A DNA stretch of 64,000 nt. Source: an uncultured Planctomycetales bacterium (GTDB lineage Bacteria > Omnitrophota > Gorgyraeia > Zapsychrales > Fredricksoniimonadaceae). The position numbers and the translations under genes are program-made. Below, piece by piece: positions 10,012 to 18,909 of the stretch (position 1 is its first letter; each line of letters opens with the position of its first letter). Below the pieces are notes generated by a model that did not search any database, was not told the DNA's origin, and saw nothing but the letters and a program-made list of their open reading frames with translations. The stretch covers positions 6,220-70,219 of the forward strand of contig CAZFNI010000003.1 of the NCBI GenBank assembly GCA_964520655.1. The letters are read 5' to 3'.

Positions 10012-11696
10012 AGATCAAGGTATTCCTACTGTCGATATTGTTATGTTGCGTTGCAGGGGTAGCTACTGTCCGGGCTGAGATCAGGGATCTGCACAGTTTT
10101 AAAAGTATCCCCATTATGGACGGGGGACGGTTAAAGCCATTGGACACCTTTGCCCGTAGTTTATTGACCCAGTTCTCCGGCAAAGATCATTATGGGAAGA
10201 AAAACGCGAGCACTTGGTTGGCGGCATTATTATTCAATCCCGACAGTACGGCTAATGATAAGGTCTTTTTGATCAATAATCCGGATATCGCGATCGCGCT
10301 AGGCATGCCGATCGATCCTCATCGACGCTATTCTCCGGCCGATGTGAAAAAAGTCTATCCCAAATTAGCGGAATTGCAGGTCCAGGCTGCGGCCATCCCG
10401 GATAAAGAGCGTTCCTTAGTGGAAAATGAGATCATGCGGGTCTTTAATAATATCAATCAATACGCGGATCTGTCGCGCGCGTTTGCGTTCGTATCTCAAG
10501 GGGATGTCAGCCCGGATCTTTGGAATGTCAAGGATATTGCGTTTTTGACCATACCGATAGGGCATGATAATCAGTGGTTAAGTCCTTGGGATGCGGTTAG
10601 GATCAATTTGATGACCGATGCCACGCGTCCTTTGGTCATGTTATGGAAAGATATGGCTGCCAGTTATTCCAAAGGCGATGCTATTAAGTTTGAGTTAGAC
10701 AGCCATACGTATTTGAATGTTGTCGCCCAGCAGCTGTCAGCCGAGGACACAAGGAATTTCAACAAGTTCTCTTTAGAGCTTCAGTATCATGCTTATAGTC
10801 CATTCACTGTCGGGATCATGTTCTATATTTTGGCGTTCATGTTCTTTTTGGTGTCTTTTTCATCTTCGAAACGCTTATGGTATTACCTGGGGCTTGGCTG
10901 CGTGATCGCGGGGTTTGTCCCGCATACGCTTGGATTGATCGCCCGCATCATCATCATGGCTCGCCCGCCGGTATCGAATTTGTATGAAACATTTATTTTT
11001 GTCGGATTTGTCGCGGTCATTTTGGGGTTATTCATTGAGTTCAATAACCGTCAGTGGCTGGGGATCGTGACCGCGGCGATCAGCGGGGCGGCAATGCTGT
11101 TTATCGCCAATAAATACAGCGCCGAGGGTGATACGTTAAAGATGCTGATCGCTGTCCTTAATTCTAATTTCTGGTTGGCAACCCATGTGACGACCATCAC
11201 CATGGGTTACGGGGCGACCTGTGTGGCGGGTGTTCTCGGTCATGTTTGGCTCTTGCAGGCAGCTGCTGGCCGACCGCAGGATGTTTTGGATAGAACATAT
11301 AGAACAACCCTGGGTATCTTGGGATTTTCGTTAACACTGACATTTTTAGGGACAAATCTCGGCGGTGTTTGGGCGGATCAGAGCTGGGGGCGTTTCTGGG
11401 GGTGGGACCCTAAAGAGAATGGGGCGCTGATGATCGTGCTGTGGGTGGCGATCCTGTTACATGCGAAAGTAGCCCGGATGATCGACGCGCTGGGAATGGC
11501 GGTCGGCTGCGTCGTCGGTATGCTGATTGTGATGTGGGCCTGGTTCGGGGTTAATCTTTTAAGCGTCGGACTGCATTCCTATGGATTCACTCAAGGGGTA
11601 GCCACGACCCTGATTGTTTATGCTGTTTTGGAGTTGGTGTTCATTGCCGTGACCGCGTGGGTGATCACAGGGCGCAGATCCTCCCAAACCCTTTAA
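10008..11696 (+). CDS. ccsA: Cytochrome c-type biogenesis protein CcsA (ResC) with a ~270-aa N-terminal periplasmic extension
   Basis: Trp-rich WWD signature 'WGRFWGWDPKENGALM' plus conserved His in flanking TM helices; signal peptide MKIKVFLLSILLCCVAG; the ORF-track start at 9939 is replaced by ATG 10008 overlapping the upstream stop. Confidence 0.7.
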   Translation: MKIKVFLLSILLCCVAGVATVRAEIRDLHSFKSIPIMDGGRLKPLDTFARSLLTQFSGKDHYGKKNASTWLAALLFNPDSTANDKVFLINNPDIAIALGMPIDPHRRYSPADVKKVYPKLAELQVQAAAIPDKERSLVENEIMRVFNNINQYADLSRAFAFVSQGDVSPDLWNVKDIAFLTIPIGHDNQWLSPWDAVRINLMTDATRPLVMLWKDMAASYSKGDAIKFELDSHTYLNVVAQQLSAEDTRNFNKFSLELQYHAYSPFTVGIMFYILAFMFFLVSFSSSKRLWYYLGLGCVIAGFVPHTLGLIARIIIMARPPVSNLYETFIFVGFVAVILGLFIEFNNRQWLGIVTAAISGAAMLFIANKYSAEGDTLKMLIAVLNSNFWLATHVTTITMGYGATCVAGVLGHVWLLQAAAGRPQDVLDRTYRTTLGILGFSLTLTFLGTNLGGVWADQSWGRFWGWDPKENGALMIVLWVAILLHAKVARMIDALGMAVGCVVGMLIVMWAWFGVNLLSVGLHSYGFTQGVATTLIVYAVLELVFIAVTAWVITGRRSSQTL

Positions 11697-11820
11697 GTAT
11701 TTCTACGCTATTGCCTTACGTATATCTTCGGATTTTCATTTATTCATTTCCTATCTATAGTAGCTAGTTATTTTTCTTATACCATATATTGTGGTTTTCA
11801 TTCATTTCAAGGAGGGGATT

Positions 11821-13923
11821 ATGGCCATCGCGGTATTCACCAAGATCATCAAGCGCAACGGCAGGGTCGAGGATTTCAATCCAACCAAGATCACCAATGC
11901 GATCGCCAAAGCCGGAGAGATCACCGGTGAATTCGGGGTAGAGATGGCCCAGAAAATGACGGTGAGGGTTTTAAACATCGCCCAGCAGATGTTCGATGAG
12001 AATCCAACCGTGGAGGGCATTCAGGACATCGTCGAGGATGTGCTACTTTCATCGCCCTACCGCAAGACCGCTAAGGCTTATATCCTGTACCGTCAGCAGC
12101 ACGCGGAAATGCGCGAGATCGTCTCGCGTTTTAACACCGACTTGGTCGACAAATATTTAAATCAGCATGATTGGCGGGTCAATGAGAACAGCAACATGGC
12201 CTATTCCCTCCAGGGGCTCAATCACTATGTCTCCTCGGAAGTCAGCAAGCTTTATTGGCTTAACCGCATTTATCCCGCCGCTGTCAAAGAAGCGCATCAA
12301 CGCGGGGATTTTCATATTCATGATCTGGGGTTGCTCAGCGTGTACTGCGTCGGCTGGGATCTTCAGGACTTGCTCACCGTCGGGTTTAAAGGTGTTTCTG
12401 GAAAAATGGAAAGCAAGCCGCCTAAACATTTTCGCGCGGCCTTAGGGCAGATCGTTAATTTCTTCTATACGCTGCAAGGGGAGGCGGCCGGCGCCCAGGC
12501 CTTCTCGAATTTTGATACCTTGCTCGCGCCTTATATCCGTTTCGACAAGCTTTCTTACGACGAGGTCAAGCAAGCGCTGCAGGAATTCATTTTTAACGTC
12601 AATGTGCCGACCCGCGTCGGATTTCAGACGCCGTTTACGAACATCACGATGGATTTGACCGTTCCCAGTTATTACAAGGACCAGGGCGTCATTATCGGCG
12701 GGGTTGTGCAGAAAGAAACATATGGCGAATTTAAACAAGAGTTGGATATGTTCAATAAAGCGTTTTTAGAGGTGATGCTCGAAGGCGATGCCAAGGGACG
12801 GGTTTTCACTTTCCCGATCCCAACCTACAACATGACCAAGGATTTCAATTGGGAGAACCCCAATCTCGATCTGTTGTGGAAGATGACCGCGAAATACGGC
12901 ATCCCGTATTTTTCTAATTTCATCAATTCCGACATGAACCCCGAAGATGCCCGCAGCATGTGCTGCCGTCTGCGTCTGGATAACCGCGAATTGCGTAGCC
13001 GCGGCGGCGGTTTGTTCGGTGCCTCGCCGCTGACCGGGTCGATCGGGGTGGTGACCATCAATTTGCCGCGTTTAGGGTATACGGCCAACAATGAAGAAGA
13101 ATTTTTCGGTCAGCTCAAGCGCGTCATGGACTTAGCCAAAGACAGTTTGGAAATGAAGCGCAAGGTCTTAGAGAAATTGACCGACGAGAATCTGTATCCC
13201 TATATCAAATTCTATCTGCGCAACATCAAAGGGCGTTTCAACCAATACTGGAAGAATCATTTCTCCACCATCGGATTGCTGGGAATGAACGAAGCCTGCT
13301 TGAATTTGCTGGGAGAGGATATTGCCTCGGATAAGGGCAAAGCGTTCGCGGTCAAGACGCTGGAATATATCCGGGACGTTTTAGTCGATTATCAAAAAGA
13401 GACGGGCAATATCTTTAATTTGGAAGCAACACCGGCGGAAGGAACGTCCTACAGCCTGGCCAAATTGGACAAGGCCATGTACCCGCAGATCCAATGCGCC
13501 AATGAGCATGAGTACACGCAAGGCCATGAACCGTTTTATTCTAATTCCACCCATTTGCCCGTCGGGCATACGGAGGATGTGTTTACCGCGCTGGACCATC
13601 AGGATGACCTGCAGACGCTCTACACCGGCGGCACGGTGCTCCATGGTTTTGTCGGGGAAAAGATCGATAATGCGCAAGGACTCAAATGCCTGATCAAAAC
13701 GATCTGCACCCAATATCGTTTGCCCTATTTTACCATCACGCCGACCTTTAGTGTCTGCCCCAGCTGCGGCTACCTGGCGGGGGAACACCCGACTTGCATG
13801 CATTGCGCCAGTGAATGTGAAGTTTATTCGCGCGTCGTGGGATATTTAAGGCCGGTCAAACAGTGGAACAAAGGTAAAAAAGAAGAATTCGCAGAGCGCA
13901 AGACTTACCAGATATGCGTATAG
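11821..13923 (+). CDS. nrdD: Anaerobic ribonucleoside-triphosphate reductase (class III)
   Basis: N-terminal ATP-cone (VFTKIIKRNGRVEDFNPTKI); C-terminal zinc ribbon CPSCGY...CMHC; glycyl-radical motif 'RVVGYLRP'; SD 'aaggagggg' before ATG 11821. Confidence 0.85.
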   Translation: MAIAVFTKIIKRNGRVEDFNPTKITNAIAKAGEITGEFGVEMAQKMTVRVLNIAQQMFDENPTVEGIQDIVEDVLLSSPYRKTAKAYILYRQQHAEMREIVSRFNTDLVDKYLNQHDWRVNENSNMAYSLQGLNHYVSSEVSKLYWLNRIYPAAVKEAHQRGDFHIHDLGLLSVYCVGWDLQDLLTVGFKGVSGKMESKPPKHFRAALGQIVNFFYTLQGEAAGAQAFSNFDTLLAPYIRFDKLSYDEVKQALQEFIFNVNVPTRVGFQTPFTNITMDLTVPSYYKDQGVIIGGVVQKETYGEFKQELDMFNKAFLEVMLEGDAKGRVFTFPIPTYNMTKDFNWENPNLDLLWKMTAKYGIPYFSNFINSDMNPEDARSMCCRLRLDNRELRSRGGGLFGASPLTGSIGVVTINLPRLGYTANNEEEFFGQLKRVMDLAKDSLEMKRKVLEKLTDENLYPYIKFYLRNIKGRFNQYWKNHFSTIGLLGMNEACLNLLGEDIASDKGKAFAVKTLEYIRDVLVDYQKETGNIFNLEATPAEGTSYSLAKLDKAMYPQIQCANEHEYTQGHEPFYSNSTHLPVGHTEDVFTALDHQDDLQTLYTGGTVLHGFVGEKIDNAQGLKCLIKTICTQYRLPYFTITPTFSVCPSCGYLAGEHPTCMHCASECEVYSRVVGYLRPVKQWNKGKKEEFAERKTYQICV

Positions 13924-14534
13924 GCGGTTTTCAGAAGCTGACCTTAGTTGATTATCCAGGCAAAGCCGCAGCGACAGTGTTCACCCAAGGGTGCAACTTT
14001 CGCTGCGGCTACTGTCATAACGCCGAACTGGTCATCCCTGAGTTTTTTTGTGAACCGATCCCTTCCCAGGAAGTTCTGGAATTCCTTAAGACCAGGCGCG
14101 GCAAATTGGAAGGGGTCGTGATCAGTGGCGGTGAGCCGACCATTCAACAAGGCCTCGATGAGTTCATTGTTTCGCTCAAGGCCATGGGATTTTCCCTCAA
14201 ACTGGATACTAACGGAAGCAGGCCGGATGTTCTGTCGTCGTTGATAGAGCGCCAGTTGATCGATTTCATCGCCATGGATATCAAAACATCACTGGAAAAA
14301 TACCCCGCTCTCATCCAGGTCCCCTGCGATATGGCCTTCATTAAGCGCAGCATTGATCTCATCCAACAAAGCGGTCTGCCGCATCAATTCCGCACCACGG
14401 TGATCAAAGGATTTGATCTCCCCCAAGACCGCCAAGCCATTGCTTCACTGATCAACGGCAGCGCAGATCATGTTCGCCAGTCTTTTAAAGTCTCACCTAA
14501 GATGGTTGATCCCGAATTCGCAAGAATCGCTTAA
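13914..14534 (+). CDS. nrdG: Anaerobic ribonucleotide reductase activating protein (radical SAM)
   Basis: 'GCNFRCGYCHN' CxxxCxxC motif; overlaps the nrdD stop. Confidence 0.8.
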   Translation: MRIGGFQKLTLVDYPGKAAATVFTQGCNFRCGYCHNAELVIPEFFCEPIPSQEVLEFLKTRRGKLEGVVISGGEPTIQQGLDEFIVSLKAMGFSLKLDTNGSRPDVLSSLIERQLIDFIAMDIKTSLEKYPALIQVPCDMAFIKRSIDLIQQSGLPHQFRTTVIKGFDLPQDRQAIASLINGSADHVRQSFKVSPKMVDPEFARIA

Positions 14535-14548
14535 AGAGTATTGTAAAA

Positions 14549-14594
14549 ATAGAAAGAGATGCTAAAATTCTTGCCAGTAATAGACTCTTTCTAT
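14549..14594 (+). promoter_or_regulatory. 10-bp inverted repeat ATAGAAAGAG-N26-CTCTTTCTAT spanning the nrdG to kinase intergenic region; right arm overlaps the kinase ATG
   Basis: Perfect arms at 14549-14558 and 14585-14594; no T-run, so more likely an operator or start-codon-sequestering hairpin than a terminator. Confidence 0.3.
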
Positions 14595-15648
14595 GGAAAA
14601 GAATATAGATAATATAGACCTGCAAAGATCCCTCAAAGAGCTGGCGGATATGAAATTCGCGCTCGATGCGGCCTCCATTGTCGCGATCACGGACCGCAAA
14701 GGTGATATCATTTACGTGAATGATAAATTCTGTCAGATCTCTAAGTACAACAGGAATGAGCTCTTAGGTAAAAATCATCGCATCATCAATTCCGGTTATC
14801 ACCCCAAAGAATTTTTCAAGGACATGTGGCGCACTATCATGGTTGGCAAAGTTTGGAAGGGGGAGATCTGCAATAAAGCCAAAGACGGCAGTTTATATTG
14901 GGTGGATTCGACCATTGTGCCCTTCCTCAATGAAAAGGGTCTCCCGTATCAGTATTTGTCCATCCGCAATGAGGTCACGGCCCGCAAACTCATGGAAGAA
15001 CAGCTCAAGGCTCTCCCCAAGCGCATTATCCAGGCGCAGGAAAGCGAATGTAACCGCATTGCTCGTGATATCCATGATGATCTGGGGCAGTCTTTGGCCA
15101 CGCTTAAGATGATGATCCAGTCGTCTCTAGTCGAAACGGCCAAGAATGCGCGGCATGATAAGGACTCGGTGCGTATCCTCGAATATTTGAACGGTATCAT
15201 CGATCGTTCCCGGGGGCTGGCGACCCGCCTGCGTCCATCGACGCTGGAGGTGCTTGGACTTTCAACCGCGATCAAGCTGCTGGCGAGGGATATTAGTCAC
15301 TCAAAAAAATTTAAAGTGCATTTTTCTTCAATTTCTACCAACGGCCTGCAATTTGAGGGAGAGGCGATCAATGTTTTCCGCATTGTCCAGGAAGCCTTGT
15401 CCAATAGCATGAAACATGCCAGGGCAAGCAAGGTCAATGTGCGCATGGCCCGGCGTCAAGGCCGGTTTAAAGTTGTCATTGAAGATAATGGCCGAGGGTT
15501 TAAGGCCAATGACAAAAGTTTGGGGCTGGGGCTTGTGACCATGAAAGAGAGGGCCAAGCTGTTGGGCGGTTCTATTGATATTCGATCGATCGTCGGTAAA
15601 GGAACGATCATTTCTTTAGATATTCCTGTAAAGGATAAGGCTGTATGA
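14593..15648 (+). CDS. PAS-domain sensor histidine kinase (HisKA_3/NarX-DegS type)
   Basis: PAS segment (ITDRKGDIIYVNDKFCQISKY...), H-box 'ARDIHDDLGQSLATLKM', HATPase N/G boxes (EALSNSMKHA, IEDNGRGF, GLGLVTMKERA). Confidence 0.75.
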   Translation: MEKNIDNIDLQRSLKELADMKFALDAASIVAITDRKGDIIYVNDKFCQISKYNRNELLGKNHRIINSGYHPKEFFKDMWRTIMVGKVWKGEICNKAKDGSLYWVDSTIVPFLNEKGLPYQYLSIRNEVTARKLMEEQLKALPKRIIQAQESECNRIARDIHDDLGQSLATLKMMIQSSLVETAKNARHDKDSVRILEYLNGIIDRSRGLATRLRPSTLEVLGLSTAIKLLARDISHSKKFKVHFSSISTNGLQFEGEAINVFRIVQEALSNSMKHARASKVNVRMARRQGRFKVVIEDNGRGFKANDKSLGLGLVTMKERAKLLGGSIDIRSIVGKGTIISLDIPVKDKAV

Positions 15649-16289
15649 AAACCATCAGGGTGATCTTAGCCGATGATCATGAAATGTTCCGCTCGGGTTT
15701 AAAAGCCCTGCTGGACAAGGAGCCGGATTTCAAGGTCGTGGCACAGGCACAGGACGGCGAGCAGCTGTTGGAGAAATTGGCCTCTGCGGTATGCGACTGT
15801 GTGGTCATGGACTTAAGCATGCCAAATCTCGATGGTTTGGCGGCGCTTAAAGAGATAGAACAGAAGTACCCCAAGACAAAATGCCTGGTACTGACCATGC
15901 AGAAGGACGAAGAGCATTTTAAAAAAGCCATGGCCCACGGGGCAAAGGGGTATATCCTTAAAGACAGAGCGTTTGATTCGCTGGTCGTGGCCATTAAGAC
16001 GGTCATCCGGGGAAAATCGTTCGTGTCGCCGTCCATTTCGGATATTATCACCCGGCAATTTGTCAGCTCCATCCGAGAGGGGGACAGTCCGTCCCTGGAA
16101 TTATTAACGCCCCGGGAGAAAGAAATATTGAAGCTGATCGCCCTGGGGGCGGCCAATAAGAATATTGCCACAAGGCTTAAGATCAGTATCCGCACTGTTG
16201 AAACTCATCGCAGTCATTTGATCCATAAGCTAGGGCTGAAAACGACAGCGGCGTTAGTCAAGTATGCGATGTCTAAAGGGATCGTTTAG
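15645..16289 (+). CDS. NarL/FixJ-family response regulator (REC + LuxR HTH)
   Basis: Receiver (RVILADDHEMFR...DLSMPNLDG) and LuxR-type HTH 'LTPREKEILKLIALGAANKNIATRLKISIRTVETHRSHLIHKLG'; ATGA-coupled to the kinase. Confidence 0.8.
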   Translation: MKTIRVILADDHEMFRSGLKALLDKEPDFKVVAQAQDGEQLLEKLASAVCDCVVMDLSMPNLDGLAALKEIEQKYPKTKCLVLTMQKDEEHFKKAMAHGAKGYILKDRAFDSLVVAIKTVIRGKSFVSPSISDIITRQFVSSIREGDSPSLELLTPREKEILKLIALGAANKNIATRLKISIRTVETHRSHLIHKLGLKTTAALVKYAMSKGIV

Positions 16290-16357
16290 CCGGATTACGT
16301 GTTTCTACGTAGGGTTATCCGTATAATGTCGCATATAATGAAATCTTCATTTCTTTT

Positions 16358-16744
16358 ATGATGTCTTCTATGTCAAAAACCATTTTGATCGTGGAAGACC
16401 ATAAAGACTTCAGAAAAGAAGTCAGGCATTTTTTAGAAGTCAGCAAAGTGGATGCCCGTTTAGTGGAAGCAGCGTCGGGTGAGGAAGGGGTTTTAGTCGC
16501 AAAGGAAACGCGGCCGCAGATCGTCCTCATGGATTTTTGGCTGGGCGGTCTAAACGGCATCGACGCAGCGGCGCAGATCAAGGAAACAGTGCCAGGCTGT
16601 TCCATCATCATGCTGACGATGTTTGACACAAAAGAGATCGGGAAGCTGAACACCAGGAACCACATTAAAACGTTCATTAATAAAGGGGATCTTTTCAAGC
16701 AGTTGATCCCCAGCCTTAAAAAGATATTGAATTCGGTCAATTAG
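16358..16744 (+). CDS. Single-domain response-regulator receiver (CheY-like)
   Basis: 'ILIVEDHKDFRKEV...VLMDFWLGGLNGID...K' receiver pattern. Confidence 0.6.
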   Translation: MMSSMSKTILIVEDHKDFRKEVRHFLEVSKVDARLVEAASGEEGVLVAKETRPQIVLMDFWLGGLNGIDAAAQIKETVPGCSIIMLTMFDTKEIGKLNTRNHIKTFINKGDLFKQLIPSLKKILNSVN

Positions 16745-16763
16745 TCATTTTTCAAGGAGCAGC

Positions 16764-17816
16764 ATGAAAATTTTGGCGATAGGCTTAAACCACCGAACAT
16801 CTTCTATTGATCTTAGAGAGAAATTCTATGTCAGCCCCCAGGAACGGGAGCTGCTGATCGCGCAGTTCAAAACGGATGCCCAAGTCATGTCCGCTGTTGT
16901 TCTCTCCACCTGCAACCGCTGCGAGATCTATGCCAATGTCGTCGATGATTGCGAGCCTAAGCATATCATCCAAATGCTTTTTACCTTAAAACACCTGCCG
17001 CTGGATGATCAATATGTGAAAATGTTCTACACGCTGCAGGGTCCGGAGGCTGTCACCCATTTTCTGGAGGTCGCCTGCGGTCTGGATTCACTGATCCTGG
17101 GGGAGAAGCAGATCCTTGGGCAGATCAAGGAAGCGGTCGGTGTTTCCCGCGAAAAAGGATTGATGGACAAAACACTCAATATCCTCACCAACTATGTTTT
17201 AGAGACAGGCAAAAAAGCCCGGCAGGACACCCAGATCGATTTTGGCGGGATGTCGGTCAGCGCCGCAGCGGTCTCAACGGCCCAGGCAATGCTTGGTTCG
17301 TTGCAGGATAAAAGCGTTTTGGTCGTCGGCTCCGGTAAGATGGGAGCGCTGGCGCTCAATTATCTTCACCAAAAGAAAGCCAAAAAGATCTATTTGATGA
17401 ACAGGACTTTAGAGAATGCCGCCGCGCTGGCTCAAGAAGTAAAGGCGGAGGTTGTGCCTTTCTGGAACATGAAAGAGGTGCTCGCCGAGGTGGATGTGTG
17501 TATTTGCTCCTCGGGCGCTCCGCATTATCTGATCACCAAAGATCTCATGGAAAATGTGGCCCTGGCGCGCCAAACTCCGGTCATTTTGATCGATATTTCG
17601 ATGCCGCGCAACATTGATCCCGCCGTTGCCGGGATCAGCGGTGTCACGTTAGTTGAGCTGGATGATTTAGACAAGGTCATCGAACGCACGGTGTTAACAC
17701 GTCAAGATGCGGTCAAGGAAGTGGCGGCACTTGTCATTCGCAAAAGGGAAGAATTTTATAATGCCATGGCAAAGATCGAGGCCATGGCCGGTCAACAGGT
17801 TTTAATGTCATCTTAA
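16764..17816 (+). CDS. hemA: Glutamyl-tRNA reductase (short form, 350 aa)
   Basis: 'STCNRCEIY' catalytic Cys motif, 'GLDSLILGE', NADPH-binding 'VVGSGKMG'. Confidence 0.75.
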   Translation: MKILAIGLNHRTSSIDLREKFYVSPQERELLIAQFKTDAQVMSAVVLSTCNRCEIYANVVDDCEPKHIIQMLFTLKHLPLDDQYVKMFYTLQGPEAVTHFLEVACGLDSLILGEKQILGQIKEAVGVSREKGLMDKTLNILTNYVLETGKKARQDTQIDFGGMSVSAAAVSTAQAMLGSLQDKSVLVVGSGKMGALALNYLHQKKAKKIYLMNRTLENAAALAQEVKAEVVPFWNMKEVLAEVDVCICSSGAPHYLITKDLMENVALARQTPVILIDISMPRNIDPAVAGISGVTLVELDDLDKVIERTVLTRQDAVKEVAALVIRKREEFYNAMAKIEAMAGQQVLMSS

Positions 17817-17833
17817 ACATCCAAGGGGGAAAT

Positions 17834-18130
17834 ATGAACGTCACATCTCAAAGATCAACTGTTTTAATGCTCGTTATCGCGGGCATGTTTGTCTTGTCGG
17901 GCGCGATCCCGGCCCAGGCTGACATTAAAGAGATCAAGAAGTACAAAGAAGCTTTTCCTGAAAGCAAACCAAAGTGCATTGAATGCCATGTTTCAGATAA
18001 GCCCAAAAAAGATGACGGTCAGCATGAGATGAACGATTATGGCAAAGCGGTCGTCGAGAAGTCGAAAGAAACAACAGCGGATACTTATAAAGAAGTTGGC
18101 AAGATCGAAGATTTCAAACCCAAACAATAA
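17834..18130 (+). CDS. Periplasmic monoheme cytochrome c (Lys-rich, 98 aa)
   Basis: Signal peptide; single 'CIECH' heme-binding motif. Confidence 0.6.
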   Translation: MNVTSQRSTVLMLVIAGMFVLSGAIPAQADIKEIKKYKEAFPESKPKCIECHVSDKPKKDDGQHEMNDYGKAVVEKSKETTADTYKEVGKIEDFKPKQ

Positions 18131-18148
18131 CAAGCGAACGGAGAGCGT

Positions 18149-18892
18149 ATGAAAGTCCACCATCTCATCATTGTTGTCTTAAGCTTGTTCCTGGCTTTTG
18201 TTAAGCCTGCTTTTGCGTTGGATGCAAGATCCCAGGAACTTGTCAGGACAGCGACATATGTCGGTTCCGAGACATGTGCCACCTGTCACGAGAAGGAGTC
18301 TAGGCAATTTAAGCTATCCACCCACGCGCGTATTTCCAATGACGCCAATGAGGGCACGGCCCAGGGGTGTGAAATGTGTCACGGACCTGGCAGTGTCCAC
18401 GCGGATGCTAACGGAGGCAAAGGCAGCATCATTAATCCGAAAAAAGATCCGAGCATTTGTTTCACCTGCCATACAGAGAAGCGCGCGGAATTTAATCTGC
18501 CTTACCGTCATCCGGTTCTCGAGGGTAAGATGAGCTGTTCTGACTGCCACAGCCCGCATGGCGAAGAAGTTAAGCCCTGGAGTTCCACCAGCATGAATGA
18601 TGCCAATGAAGCCTGCTTCAAATGCCATAAGGAACAGCAGGGACCGTTCGTGTGGGAACATGAAGCCACGCGCGACGGCTGTTCTAGCTGCCATAAAGTG
18701 CATGGTTCGGTTAATGACAAAATGTTGATCGCCAGGGATTCCAACCTGTGTTTGCGTTGTCATACGCAGACGAATTTCCAGACGATCGGTAAGTCAAACC
18801 ATAACGGCCGCCTGAACCACGCGAGCTGTTTCACCGCCGGATGTCACACAGCGGTGCATGGATCGAACTTTGATGATCACTTACGGTATTAA
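18149..18892 (+). CDS. Periplasmic multiheme (8-heme) c-type cytochrome, MtrA/MtoA/OmaB-like
   Basis: Signal peptide; 7 CxxCH (CATCH, CEMCH, CFTCH, CSDCH, CFKCH, CSSCH, CLRCH) plus one Cx4CH (CFTAGCH); short inter-heme spacing typical of MtrA-type wires. Confidence 0.75.
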   Translation: MKVHHLIIVVLSLFLAFVKPAFALDARSQELVRTATYVGSETCATCHEKESRQFKLSTHARISNDANEGTAQGCEMCHGPGSVHADANGGKGSIINPKKDPSICFTCHTEKRAEFNLPYRHPVLEGKMSCSDCHSPHGEEVKPWSSTSMNDANEACFKCHKEQQGPFVWEHEATRDGCSSCHKVHGSVNDKMLIARDSNLCLRCHTQTNFQTIGKSNHNGRLNHASCFTAGCHTAVHGSNFDDHLRY

Positions 18893-18909
18893 GGCCAAAG
18901 GAGCGCAGT

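Noticed and set aside
11697-11820. Possible NrdR boxes in the AT-rich region upstream of nrdD (for example CCATATATTGTGG)
   Set aside because: Only an 8/13 imperfect palindrome and no second tandem box matching the 16-bp NrdR consensus. Too weak to call.
15677-16195. 172-aa minus-strand ORF across the response-regulator gene
   Set aside because: Antisense shadow of a clearly conserved REC+HTH gene.
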